57,323 nt of DNA from a virus (IMGVR_UViG_3300042295_002426:1-57323), one strand, 5' to 3'; numbered from the stretch's first letter, positions 18,355-27,959 are shown. A program made the numbers and translations. The notes: generated from the sequence alone by a model not told the origin.

Positions 18355-18605
18355 GCCGCACCTCCTTCCAGGTCGGCACCCACGATCTCCAGGAACTCGT
18401 CGAGTTGAGACTCGGCACCGAGTTCCCAGAGATGGGTGGCGATCACGTTCACTGCTTCATGCATCCCCTTACTCCGAAAGACTGCGTCAACGAAGTCGCA
18501 AGCCTGGGCGCGGGGATCGGTCAGGTCGAGGGTTTGGTCTGGGGACTGATCGTGGTTCAGTCGGTATTTCGCCGCCCGAAGGACGGCATCAAGGTAGGTG
18601 TTCAT
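18351..18605 (-). CDS. Hypothetical phage protein
   Basis: First gene of the leftward operon; ends EGGAA with an embedded RBS. Confidence 0.65.
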   Translation of the reverse strand: MNTYLDAVLRAAKYRLNHDQSPDQTLDLTDPRAQACDFVDAVFRSKGMHEAVNVIATHLWELGAESQLDEFLEIVGADLEGGAA

Positions 18606-18643
18606 GATGTTGGATCCCGGATCCGCCGGGACGGGTTGATTGG

Positions 18644-18682
18644 ACCGTTTTTTAAATTGAATACAGTCATCGGTCAAACGGT
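18644..18682 (-). promoter_or_regulatory. Leftward promoter flanked by inverted ACCGTTT/AAACGGT boxes
   Basis: TTGACC-N17-TAAAAA on the minus strand; boxes at 18644-18650 and 18676-18682. Confidence 0.45.
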
Positions 18683-18710
18683 TTTTTATAGCGAAAACAA
18701 ATGGGCATTT

Positions 18711-18805
18711 GGTCCCGCGGGACTGGTCCCGTGGTCCCGTGCGGGACTAGGACGGGACTGGTCCCGTGGTCCCGTCGTCCCCTATAGGGGGACGGGACCG
18801 GGACC
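18711..18805. repeat. GGTCCC/GGGAC iteron cluster around a CCCCTATAGGGG palindrome (ori- or pac-like)
   Basis: 23-bp direct repeat CGGGACTGGTCCCGTGGTCCCGT at 18718 and 18753; palindrome at 18776-18794; AT-rich tract adjacent. Confidence 0.75.
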
Positions 18806-18894
18806 AAACCAGTCCACGGTCGAGACGAGACCAAGAACGGCAGGACGGACAGAGTTGTCTGTTGAAATCGCAGAGAGAAAAGGTAGGCTGAACC

Positions 18895-19416
18895 ATGGCC
18901 ACAGCGATGAGGACACCGGCACAGGACAGGGCAATGCGATTCCTCCCTCAGGCTATCACCGAGGGCTGGACTATCGCCAAGCTCTCCAGGGAGGCCGGGA
19001 TCGGGAAGGACACCGCCCGGAAGCTCCTGCAACAAAGCTCCGAAAGAAATCGCCGCTCCATCGGCTCCGAACTCGACCGGGAAGGTAACCGGGCGGTGGC
19101 GGTGGCACGGCAAGTCAGGGACGGGCAAATCGAGCAGGCCGCGCGAATCGAGGCACTCACCGAAAAGGCCCTCAAATCCCTCGAAGAGAAGGCCGCCCAG
19201 GGTGAGTTGTCGATCCGCGATCTCGGCGATCTCGCCAAGCTCCGCGAGAAACACTGGGCGCACGTCAAAGACATGGCCGGGCTCAACTTGGCGGAGAGGC
19301 TTGCGGTGGCGAAGGCGAAGGGCGATGCCGCCGGTCGTGGCTTCGCCGGAGCCCTCCTCGATGCCACCTCGATCGACCTGGGTGACGGGGTTTTTGATGT
19401 GGTAACTGATGGTTAA
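18895..19416 (+). CDS. Putative terminase small subunit
   Basis: N-terminal HTH (WTIAKLSREAGIGKDTARKLL), helical middle, typical size, near TerL. Confidence 0.6.
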   Translation: MATAMRTPAQDRAMRFLPQAITEGWTIAKLSREAGIGKDTARKLLQQSSERNRRSIGSELDREGNRAVAVARQVRDGQIEQAARIEALTEKALKSLEEKAAQGELSIRDLGDLAKLREKHWAHVKDMAGLNLAERLAVAKAKGDAAGRGFAGALLDATSIDLGDGVFDVVTDG

Positions 19417-19773
19417 TCACTTGGCCGATCTAGGCAGAACGGGGGATTGATCCGGTGTGATGCCACTTTTGTAGCCACTTCTCCCTGCGAGGATCCCGGC
19501 GCCCGGCATTTTCACCGGCGAGATAGACCGGCCTTGCTCCTGACCTGGGTGGTTGGATCCCTTTCCTTCGAGGGGAGGGGGCAGGCCGGCAGGCGAGCGA
19601 CGCCGGGCTCGAGCGGGCAGGCAGGCAGGCCGGAGGCGCGGGGGGTATGGCGGGGGGTGGGGTGGGGCCGCGCAGCGGCCCACGGCCCTCAGAATGTCAC
19701 CCCCCGTGAAAAATTTCGACTCGCGTGCGAAGAGGGTTACCCTCTCACCAAAGTCATTACCCCAACACTCCGC

Positions 19774-20190
19774 ATGAAGCCAATCATCCTCCTTTTCACC
19801 GTCCTGTTTTTCCAGAATGTGATCTACGCCCAATACGAGACCTTGATCTACCAGGCTGCGGATGGCCCCCTTGAAATCGAGATTCCCGAGGGAAAAGTTC
19901 TCGAAGTTGGGACATTTACCCACAGTGCTCTTGAGCGGGATTGTTTTCTCACATTGGTGAAAAGCGGTCGTGAAATCCCAATTCTCGTTTCTCTCTTCAT
20001 CTCAAACCATCTAAATGATGGAGCCTTGATGCCTTTCGCAGGCCCGGCGGTTTTGAAGGTTTCCTCATCTTTTCCTAATGGGAGAGCTGCCCTCACCTAT
20101 CGAATATTCAAAAACGAGGATCCGGATGCCGAACCGGTGCGCCCCATCATCCAGGTTCAAACGATCTGCCGCTGCAAGAAGGGTCGTTGA
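19774..20190 (+). CDS. Secreted hypothetical protein (moron)
   Basis: Signal peptide MKPIILLFTVLFFQNVIYA; AT-richer than flanks. Confidence 0.65.
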   Translation: MKPIILLFTVLFFQNVIYAQYETLIYQAADGPLEIEIPEGKVLEVGTFTHSALERDCFLTLVKSGREIPILVSLFISNHLNDGALMPFAGPAVLKVSSSFPNGRAALTYRIFKNEDPDAEPVRPIIQVQTICRCKKGR

Positions 20191-20248
20191 TTCCCCGCGC
20201 GCGTCACGCGCCGTGAAACTTTCGGCTCGTGCGTGAAAGGCGGTCGGG

Positions 20249-20869
20249 CTACCCCCCGCAGATCCCGCAGGGCCTTCCTTCGTCCGGGCCGCAGGCTCGA
20301 CCGCGTGAGGTCTGCCCATACCACCGGCAGGACGTGTTGTGCCGGACTCCTGAACTGGAGTTGAGCCAGTGCCCGCCAGTGGCCGTCTGGGGCTTCTTCT
20401 TGATGGCACGGTAGTCCCAGGGGGCAATCGGATTAAACCCCGCCCAGAGACCACGGCTTTCAGCTCGGGCCGCACTTTCCGCGGCAGCGAGGTCGGGGTC
20501 GTCTGAGTATTTGACGTAGTGCCAGGCGAAGCCCGCCCGGACCATAGCGAGGTTCACGTTCTGGCCGTCCGCGAAAACGGTCCCGAGAGTGCGCTGGTAG
20601 CGGTCGGTCCCTGAGACTTGCAGCGTGACGGTCTTCCCTGCCGTGAGATCCGAGAGGGCCCGCTTCGAGGCAGCAGAGAACTCCTGCCCGTTCTCCGGGG
20701 CGTCGATACCGTCGAGGCGGACCTTGAGCTGGGTCCGTTCCGGCGTGAGGAGGGTGAGGGTGTCGCCGTCTGCGATCCCCACGACCTTCCCGGTAACCGT
20801 TTGGGCGGAGGCGGGGATGGTGAGAAGTGCGGAAACCAAGAGAAAGACAATTCCTGTAGGGCGATTCAC
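20249..20869 (-). CDS. Secreted thermonuclease (SNase) with Cys/His C-terminal domain
   Basis: IADGDT, VRLDGIDAPE, DRYQRTLG, VNLAMVRAGFAW, RGLWA; tail H..SC..C..PCGIC. Confidence 0.92.
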   Translation of the reverse strand: MNRPTGIVFLLVSALLTIPASAQTVTGKVVGIADGDTLTLLTPERTQLKVRLDGIDAPENGQEFSAASKRALSDLTAGKTVTLQVSGTDRYQRTLGTVFADGQNVNLAMVRAGFAWHYVKYSDDPDLAAAESAARAESRGLWAGFNPIAPWDYRAIKKKPQTATGGHWLNSSSGVRHNTSCRWYGQTSRGRACGPDEGRPCGICGG

Positions 20870-21044
20870 GCGCTCATGATACGTGAGTTTCGCCTAGCAG
20901 GCGATGGGTTTTCCAACCATGATCGAAACCGACGCTCGCCTGTTCGCGAGAGACAAACATCCGCAGCTTGGTGTAGATCTCGAGCGAGAGTCCTGAACCC
21001 TGCCATCGCCGATATCGCCGCGACCTTGCTCGGGGAACGATTTT

Positions 21045-22829
21045 TTACCTCCCCGCCACCCCCGCCACCCGCCGCATCCGCTCTAGGTAATTGCCCCGCC
21101 TCGCCGTCGGCAGAAAGAAACTCTCCTCCGGCCGCACCGCCGGCATCGCCCGGGCATCGATGTAGGGCCGGATGAGCTTCCGCCGGATCGCCAGCTCCAC
21201 CGCGCAGACCGCAGAGTCGAGGTCGTCTGGCGACCGGTCCTGGTTGCGTGCCTTCCAGTCGTCCTTCTCCTCGGCCTTCATCCGGCCGTTCTGCTTCAGA
21301 GTGCGCCGAGTCGCCACCTGATGGGCGATCGCGTCGGTGATTCCTCGCATCCGGCCCTGTCGCACGATGGCAGCGAAGTTCGCGAGCAGCTCGGTGGCGT
21401 GATCGTTGTAGTGCTGCCGTGCGGTGTGGCCCGAGGCCGAGACCGGACGCTCCGTCGAGGGGCCGGAGAAGAAGACCCGGCACGCGCCGCGCTGCCCCAT
21501 CTCCTGCTCGATGCGGTCGACCTGGGCCCCCTGATTGCCGGTGGCGTCTGCCGCGAAGTCCTTGATCGGGATGCCCCATTCCCGCAGCTTCGTGGCGGTC
21601 TGGGTCGCGATCTGGCCGGAGATGTCGCCCGCGGTGATCTTCACGGTGATGGGATGGACGTTGAGGAGATTCACCCAGGGATGTCCGGACGGGCCGATGC
21701 CGACGCGGATCCGGGTGAGCCGCACGCCGTCCCGGCCGCCCGACGGGTCGAGCCCGGCGAGGTCGGTGGTGGGCTGCCCCAGCAACTCGGGGGCCAGTTG
21801 CCCGCCGGACGAGCGCAGATCCTGGGGCGAGAGGAGCGTCTCGACGATGCCCGAGGGAGGCATGCGCCCGATCCCGTAGGTCCAGAGCTGCATCGAATCC
21901 TCGCCGAAGTTCGCGATGAGGTCCTCAAGGTGCTCCTTCCCGGCGAGGTAGGTGATGGTCGGATCCTCGATCGCCGGGGACTTCCGCCCATCGAGGACGA
22001 GGCAGACGCCGTGCGCCCCGCGCCAGGTGTCGGAGGTCTTCCACTGGTCGGGCTCGTTCTTTTCGACGGTCTCGATGTCGAGCGGGCCGCCGTCGAGGAG
22101 GCAGTGGGGGATGGAGTGCTTGCCCAGCGGGGAGAACCAGGAGTCGGGGTTGCCGAAGAAGATCTCTTTGTATTCACCCGAGGCTCCGAAGTTCGCCTTC
22201 ACCGAGAGGATGGATTCCGAGCACTTCTGCGGCTCATCGACGGCGAAGCGGTTGCGTTTCTGGTGGGCCCCGATCTTCGACTTCAGATCCTCGTTCGACT
22301 CGCCATCCTTCGTCGAGATGCAGACGACGCCGGCGGTCTGGCCCTCGCGGTCCACCGTGATCAATCCGGGGGCGGGGGCCTTCACGACATGGCCGACCCG
22401 CAGCTCCGGCGGCAGGTGGGAGTGCCACTTCTTCAGCGATCCGAAACAGCGGTCGTCGTGCATCTTCAGCGGCGAGGTGCAGAGCGAGATCTTCGTCACC
22501 GCCGGGGCCGCCATCAGGTCGAAGAGCAGCACCGCCGCCACCGTGCCGGATTTCCCCGAGGAGGAGGATCCCCAGATCGTGGTGATGTCGTGGTCGCACC
22601 AGAGGTCGATGATCTCGTTCGACCAGCGGTTGAAGCTGAAGACATGGGCCGGGAGCGCGAGCGAGATCGCGGAGCGCAGGTGATCATCCGGCGAGAGGGC
22701 CTTTGGTGCCTTCGCCCGCAGGGTGGGGTTGGCGTAGAGCACCAGGTCGATCAGGGACGGGTGGATGAACTTTTTCGGATCCCAGCGGAGGCCGTATTTC
22801 TCGATCAGATCGGCGGATTTCTGCGACAT
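21045..22829 (-). CDS. Terminase large subunit
   Basis: IWGSSSSGKS Walker A, AVDE Walker B, FFGNP, AGLDPSGGRD nuclease motif, SPDDLDS. Confidence 0.88.
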   Translation of the reverse strand: MSQKSADLIEKYGLRWDPKKFIHPSLIDLVLYANPTLRAKAPKALSPDDHLRSAISLALPAHVFSFNRWSNEIIDLWCDHDITTIWGSSSSGKSGTVAAVLLFDLMAAPAVTKISLCTSPLKMHDDRCFGSLKKWHSHLPPELRVGHVVKAPAPGLITVDREGQTAGVVCISTKDGESNEDLKSKIGAHQKRNRFAVDEPQKCSESILSVKANFGASGEYKEIFFGNPDSWFSPLGKHSIPHCLLDGGPLDIETVEKNEPDQWKTSDTWRGAHGVCLVLDGRKSPAIEDPTITYLAGKEHLEDLIANFGEDSMQLWTYGIGRMPPSGIVETLLSPQDLRSSGGQLAPELLGQPTTDLAGLDPSGGRDGVRLTRIRVGIGPSGHPWVNLLNVHPITVKITAGDISGQIATQTATKLREWGIPIKDFAADATGNQGAQVDRIEQEMGQRGACRVFFSGPSTERPVSASGHTARQHYNDHATELLANFAAIVRQGRMRGITDAIAHQVATRRTLKQNGRMKAEEKDDWKARNQDRSPDDLDSAVCAVELAIRRKLIRPYIDARAMPAVRPEESFFLPTARRGNYLERMRRVAGVAGR

Positions 22830-22864
22830 GCTGGCAGGATAGCAGAAAGTCGCGTGAAAAACAG

Positions 22865-22894
22865 TTGACTTTTGATGCCACAAAAGGCGATATT
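22865..22894 (+). promoter_or_regulatory. Candidate late promoter for the capsid operon
   Basis: TTGACT-N18-GATATT, with TGATGCCAC in the spacer. Confidence 0.45.
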
Positions 22895-23102
22895 CGCGCA
22901 TCGGGAGTTTTTTTCAGCCGGGGTCTCCGCCCGGCATCCAGATCGGGCTGATTTGGGGGACGCCGCCCCACGGGTCTTTAACCTTCTCACTTTGAGGAGG
23001 GGTTCTCCGTGACCGGGAGGACGGAAACGAAGCTGGTAGGCGCCGTCGTTTTTGCGACGCGCGATTTCCCCACTGGCATCACCACGCACCCCTTTTTCAG
23101 CC

Positions 23103-25013
23103 ATGTCCACCATTTCTCTCGGATGTCATCGCGGTCCCGATGCGGAGCCGATGACCGTCATCACCAACATGATCCAGGAACGCGGCCGGATCTCGCAGGT
23201 CATCTACCAGCAGATCGCGGCCTCGCACCCCTTCATCAAGGTCCTCGAACCCTCCAAGGAACTCTTTCCCTCCGGCATGGGCGATGTCCTCAACGAGGTC
23301 GTCCTCGACGTCTCCCGTCCGTCGGAGGGCGACGTCCTCGCGTGGCAGCGCGTCCAGGCCGCCCGGCCCGGCTACAATCCCTGCTGCGTCGAGTTCAAGG
23401 AGATCCCCTACGGATCGCGCAACGTCTCCGCCTGTCTCTACCGCGACGGCTGGAAGTCGCCCGCCTTCTGCAAGACCGATCTCGCTTTCAAATACGAGCG
23501 CGAAAAGCAGATCACCCAGCAGCGCATGATCATGGCGCAGTGGACCAAAGACATCTGGTGCCACTGGTCGGTCGTGGCCTTCCAGCGTTCGGTGATGTGC
23601 GTGAACCTGGCGGGAGCCTACGGTCTGCCCGAGCAGATCGGACGCTACCCCACCTACGCCTCGCCCACCTCGATCGTCACCTTCCACCACCTCGAAGCCC
23701 TCTACGTCCGGATCAAGAGTTCGGGTGGGGAGTTTGGCCGGTCCGTCGAGGGCCACGAGCTGATCTTCATCGGGGCCCAAGAGTTCACCGCCCTCGAGGA
23801 AAACTATCAGAAGGAGCGCGTGAAGCTCGGCTTCCAGAGTGCCGAGGTGATGCTGCCCGAGATCGGCAGCGTCCGGAAGATCGGCAAATACCTGTTCGTC
23901 CTCATGGACACTCCTCGCCGGTTCCGCGAACCGCAGCCCGGTGAATCCTTCGAGGATTGCCTGATCCCGAGCACGCTCCAGCGCGAGTCGGTCCGCGGCA
24001 CCGAGACGGTCCGCAACCCCGACTACCACAATCCGGAGATCGCGAAGTATTCGGAGTTCATCTACTTCAACGCCTCCGCCGCCGCCTGGCTCATCCCTCC
24101 GGCGGCGATGACCGGCGCGAGCCAGATGTATCCGGCCTCAGACTACTCTGGCGAGTTCCTCCTCATCAACCCGCAGACCGACAAGGATCCGTTCCAGGAG
24201 ACGGTCTACTTCGCCGCCCGCTACATGTCCGGGATGATCGGACGTTTTCCGGCGCGTGCCCGGTGCGGTCTCGCCCTCGCCGTCCACGACCGGTTCAAGG
24301 ACGTCTGCGTCGATGGCCAGGTCGGGATCCCGGCGCAACCGGAGCGGTGGTTCGTCCTCGATTGCAGCAAGCCCATCGGCACGGCGCGTCTCCAGCTCCT
24401 CCTCAAAAAGGGGACGCTCCCGGAGATCTGCCCGGACAATCACAGCCTCTTCCTCGTCACGAAGCAGGGGCACAAGTTCCTCATCAACTCCATCATCAGC
24501 CAGGAGTCCTATGCCGGAGACGAGATCCACACCGAAGGCGGCACCATCGTGGTGATCGACTTCCCCGAGGATCTCGAAGAGGTGGCGACCTGCCGCGAGG
24601 ATTGCGACGGGTGGGACTACGTCGCGTGCCTCCCCGCCGCGACCCTGTCTGACCACCCGGTCACGGCGACCTGCGGCAGTTGCTCGCCGACGCAGCCGGA
24701 TACCACGCCCTGCACGCACACCGTGCACTTCAGCAGCGACACGGTCCTCGACCTTGTCGATGCCGAAGGCGCCGGCCTGCTCGGTGCCCGCCCCGGCCCC
24801 GGCTACACCGCGGCGACCTTCCGATCTGCCATCGAGGAACTCCTCGACGGAGAAGGCACCGTGACCGTCACCCAAGGCGAGGCCCCCGAGTATCTCTGGA
24901 CCATCGTCATTACCGGCAACAACAACGCGAACCTCGAAGGTGCCCAGGTCATCTACGAGGACGGCTTCTACGAAAACGGAGCCGCGTTCGTCCGCACCGG
25001 CAACTGCGATTGA
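23103..25013 (+). CDS. Major capsid protein with C-terminal extension
   Basis: First gene of the late operon, biased codon usage, ~400-aa capsid-like N-part plus Cys-rich tail, followed by a hairpin; call is from context and resemblance. Confidence 0.7.
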   Translation: MSTISLGCHRGPDAEPMTVITNMIQERGRISQVIYQQIAASHPFIKVLEPSKELFPSGMGDVLNEVVLDVSRPSEGDVLAWQRVQAARPGYNPCCVEFKEIPYGSRNVSACLYRDGWKSPAFCKTDLAFKYEREKQITQQRMIMAQWTKDIWCHWSVVAFQRSVMCVNLAGAYGLPEQIGRYPTYASPTSIVTFHHLEALYVRIKSSGGEFGRSVEGHELIFIGAQEFTALEENYQKERVKLGFQSAEVMLPEIGSVRKIGKYLFVLMDTPRRFREPQPGESFEDCLIPSTLQRESVRGTETVRNPDYHNPEIAKYSEFIYFNASAAAWLIPPAAMTGASQMYPASDYSGEFLLINPQTDKDPFQETVYFAARYMSGMIGRFPARARCGLALAVHDRFKDVCVDGQVGIPAQPERWFVLDCSKPIGTARLQLLLKKGTLPEICPDNHSLFLVTKQGHKFLINSIISQESYAGDEIHTEGGTIVVIDFPEDLEEVATCREDCDGWDYVACLPAATLSDHPVTATCGSCSPTQPDTTPCTHTVHFSSDTVLDLVDAEGAGLLGARPGPGYTAATFRSAIEELLDGEGTVTVTQGEAPEYLWTIVITGNNNANLEGAQVIYEDGFYENGAAFVRTGNCD

Positions 25014-25030
25014 CCCGGCGTCCGACCCAC

Positions 25031-25067
25031 CCGGGCGGGAGGATGAGTGGGTTCTCCTCCTGCCCGG
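25031..25067 (+). terminator. GC-rich hairpin after the capsid gene
   Basis: CCGGGCGGGAGG..CCTCCTGCCCGG stem; U-tract is weak. Confidence 0.45.
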
Positions 25068-25094
25068 ATTCGATTTCCAACCCCACACAAAACC

Positions 25095-25265
25095 ATGAAG
25101 AACAGTCCACTCCTCGGCGTCTTGCGCCACCTCCTCACGTTCGGAGGCGGTTACCTCGTGTCCGGCGGTGTCGTGTCCTCGACTGAGCTTGAAGCCGGGA
25201 TCGGGGCGCTCATCTCCCTCGCGGGTGTCGCCTGGTCGATCTACGAGAAACGCAAGGCCCACTGA
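25095..25265 (+). CDS. Putative holin
   Basis: LRHLLTFGGGYLV..GVAWSIYEKRK, 2 TM, directly before the endolysin. Confidence 0.75.
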   Translation: MKNSPLLGVLRHLLTFGGGYLVSGGVVSSTELEAGIGALISLAGVAWSIYEKRKAH

Positions 25266-25286
25266 CCCGCCCGCCACGATCCGACG

Positions 25287-26132
25287 ATGAATCCCATCCA
25301 CTCAGGCAGCAGGGGCGCGGACGTCCAGGCCGTGCAGCGTTTCCTCATCGATCTCGGTTTTTACCGGAGCGAGGTGGATGGGGATTTCGGTCCGAAGACG
25401 AAGGCCGCGCTCACCGGCTACCAAAAACAGGAGGGGCTCATCCCCGACGGCATCCTCGGCAACGCGACCCTCGCCGCCATGCTTGGCGACGGGTTCAAGC
25501 TCACCGAGACCCCGGACACCGCGAAACCCGGCACCTACCCGCCGGGATTCCCGCCCCGGCCTGCCTACGGACCCATGACGCCCTCGCAGGCGAACGCGGC
25601 GTTCGGCACCTTCAGCTACGCTCCCGCCCCCACCAAGGGGAACCCCGAAGGCATCAAGATCACCGACGCCTGGGAGTCGGAGAACATCGTCCTCCTCAAG
25701 GTGCCGCAACTGGTGACGCTCGGCCTGAGCAAGACCGGCAACGTGCGGGCGCACCGCAAGGTGGTCCCGCAGACCGTGGCGCTCTGGCAGGCGTGGGAAG
25801 AGGCTGGGCTCCTCGACCGGATCCTGTCGTGGGAGGGGATGTTCTTCGCCCGGTTCGTGCGCGGCTCTCGGTCGACCCTTTCGAACCACTCGAAGGGATC
25901 CGCCTTCGACATCAACGCCGGTTACAACGGACTCGGCAGAGTCCCGGCACCGATCGGGGCGACCGGCAGCGTCCGCGAGCTGGTCCCGCTCGCCGTGCGC
26001 TTCGGGTTCTACTGGGGCGGCTGGTTTTCCCGTGGAGACGGCATGCACTTCGAGGTGAAGTCGGTGCTCTCCGAGGAGGCCGTCGCAAAAGTCATCGCCG
26101 AAGTCCAGACCCGCGCCACCACCCCCGGATGA
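25287..26132 (+). CDS. Endolysin: PG-binding domain + M15 peptidase
   Basis: VDGDFGPKTKAAL..DGILG; SNHSKGSAFDIN and DGMHFE zinc motifs. Confidence 0.92.
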   Translation: MNPIHSGSRGADVQAVQRFLIDLGFYRSEVDGDFGPKTKAALTGYQKQEGLIPDGILGNATLAAMLGDGFKLTETPDTAKPGTYPPGFPPRPAYGPMTPSQANAAFGTFSYAPAPTKGNPEGIKITDAWESENIVLLKVPQLVTLGLSKTGNVRAHRKVVPQTVALWQAWEEAGLLDRILSWEGMFFARFVRGSRSTLSNHSKGSAFDINAGYNGLGRVPAPIGATGSVRELVPLAVRFGFYWGGWFSRGDGMHFEVKSVLSEEAVAKVIAEVQTRATTPG

Positions 26133-26371
26133 ACCTCGATTTCTTTGCCGATCTCCACCGGGCCACGCCCCTCTGCGACAAGGTCCTCGCTCTCATCGGC
26201 GGGGCGACCGCCGGAGCCCTCACTCTCGGCCCTCTCCAGGCCTGGGTCGGGATCGCCGTCGGCATCGTGACCCTCCTCATCATGATCCCCCGCGCCGTCC
26301 TCGTCTGGCGGGATTTCGTCCGCAAGATCCGGACGGGCGAGGCCGAGAGCAAGGACGAGAACGAACCATGA
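26129..26371 (+). CDS. Small membrane protein (lysis-associated)
   Basis: Hydrophobic helices; ATGA-coupled to the endolysin. Confidence 0.6.
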   Translation: MNLDFFADLHRATPLCDKVLALIGGATAGALTLGPLQAWVGIAVGIVTLLIMIPRAVLVWRDFVRKIRTGEAESKDENEP

Positions 26372-27381
26372 TCACCGCCGCGAGAGCACTCCAGCCGTGC
26401 AGCGCCTTTGACGATGAGGCTCTGGCTCGCACAGCCATCGAGGCGCGCGAGGAACGGCTCCGCGACCCGGCCTTTTATCCGCAGACCGACGACCGCCGTG
26501 CGCCCCTCGCCGTCATCACCGCCCATTTCAATTGGTCCGGCTACCGCCGCCCTGTCCTCAATCTCCTCCGCTTCCTCCGCGAGATGGATTACCAAGGCAT
26601 CCCCGTCTACGGCATGGAGCTCCACCTCGAGGGCACCAAACCGCTCATGGCAAGGAATCATCGCTGGCTCTGTCTCGAGGTCGGTCCAGAAAACCTCCTC
26701 TGGCAGAAAGAGCCGATGCTCAATCGCATCGCCCGCGAGGTCCCTCGCCACATCCCGTGCATCGCCGCGATTGATGCCGACGTCCATTTCACCAATCCGC
26801 GCTGGGCCGAGAGAAGCGTTCGCGAGCTGGAAGCGACTCCTGCGATCCAGCCCTTCGCGGAGGCCGTCTGGGGCGACGAGTGGGGCCGCGCCCAGATGAT
26901 CCGTTCGTGCTCCGCCCGCCACGGCCTCAACCTCGACTGGCAATCCCATCCCGGCTTTGCCTGGGTCTTCCGTCGCGAGTTCTTCGAGAACGGTCCCGGG
27001 TTCTACCCGTGGTCGGTCACCGGGGCCGGCGACACCGTCACCGCGACCGGTCTCCTCGATGTCACCCGCTTTTCCTCGACGGAGAAAGCGATTGGCGAGC
27101 TGAACCTCTTCAACGGCGTCGCCGATGACTGGATCGCCCGGGCCAAGCAATTCATGGGAGATAGCCCGGTCGGATGGGTCGAGGGGCAGATCTGGCACGA
27201 GTGGCACGGCGACCGCAAGGACCGCCAGTATGTCAACCGCCACGTCATCATGGAGCAGGTGGATGTGCTCAAACACGTCCGGCTCAACTCGTCCGGGATT
27301 CTTGAATGGACCGACGCCGCCCCTCCAGACGCTCGCGCGGGGATGGCCCACTACTTTGACACGCGAAGGGAGGACGGATGA
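26368..27381 (+). CDS. GT-A fold glycosyltransferase-like protein
   Basis: LWQKEPMLN, AAIDADVHF (DxD), HPGFAWVFRR, GAGD, WHEWHG. Confidence 0.75.
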   Translation: MITAARALQPCSAFDDEALARTAIEAREERLRDPAFYPQTDDRRAPLAVITAHFNWSGYRRPVLNLLRFLREMDYQGIPVYGMELHLEGTKPLMARNHRWLCLEVGPENLLWQKEPMLNRIAREVPRHIPCIAAIDADVHFTNPRWAERSVRELEATPAIQPFAEAVWGDEWGRAQMIRSCSARHGLNLDWQSHPGFAWVFRREFFENGPGFYPWSVTGAGDTVTATGLLDVTRFSSTEKAIGELNLFNGVADDWIARAKQFMGDSPVGWVEGQIWHEWHGDRKDRQYVNRHVIMEQVDVLKHVRLNSSGILEWTDAAPPDARAGMAHYFDTRREDG

Positions 27382-27959
27382 TCGATGACATGACTTTCAC
27401 GACCGATTGGGTCACCAACCAGGAAGGCTCGTGGCGCGAGTTACTCGGCCATCTTGTGGGCACGCCTGCCCGTGGGCTTGAGGCGGGAGTGTTCGAGGGC
27501 CGCTCCTCGCAGTGGTGGCTCAAGAGTATCCTCACGCATCCGGACGCTTCGCTCTATGCGATGGATCCGTGGATCGAGAAGAGCCGCGAGAATGTGGCCC
27601 TGATCAAGGCGGATCCGATTCACGGCCCGAAGTTCACCTTTGACGGACGCCGTGGCCAAGTCGCCATGGCCGATCTCATCGCCCGCGGCCAGTCCGGCAC
27701 TTTCGACTTCGTCTACCTCGACTGCGGCAAGGAAGCGCACAGTGTCCTGGAGCAATCCGTTCTCGCCTGGTTGTTGCTCAAACCGGGCGGCATCGCCATC
27801 TGGGATGATTACCGATGGAAATGGGCCGTGGGCCGCACCGAGCAAAAGCCCGTTCATCCTCCGTCAATCGCCATCGACGCTTTCGTCGCGGCCTACGCAG
27901 GCTTCGCCGAGGAAATCCATCGCGGCTGGCAGCTCGCCATGAAGAAACTCGCCCACTGA
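27378..27959 (+). CDS. Class I SAM methyltransferase (Methyltransf_24-like)
   Basis: LEAGVFEGRS, FDFVYLD, LLKPGGIAIWDDY. Confidence 0.88.
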   Translation: MIDDMTFTTDWVTNQEGSWRELLGHLVGTPARGLEAGVFEGRSSQWWLKSILTHPDASLYAMDPWIEKSRENVALIKADPIHGPKFTFDGRRGQVAMADLIARGQSGTFDFVYLDCGKEAHSVLEQSVLAWLLLKPGGIAIWDDYRWKWAVGRTEQKPVHPPSIAIDAFVAAYAGFAEEIHRGWQLAMKKLAH

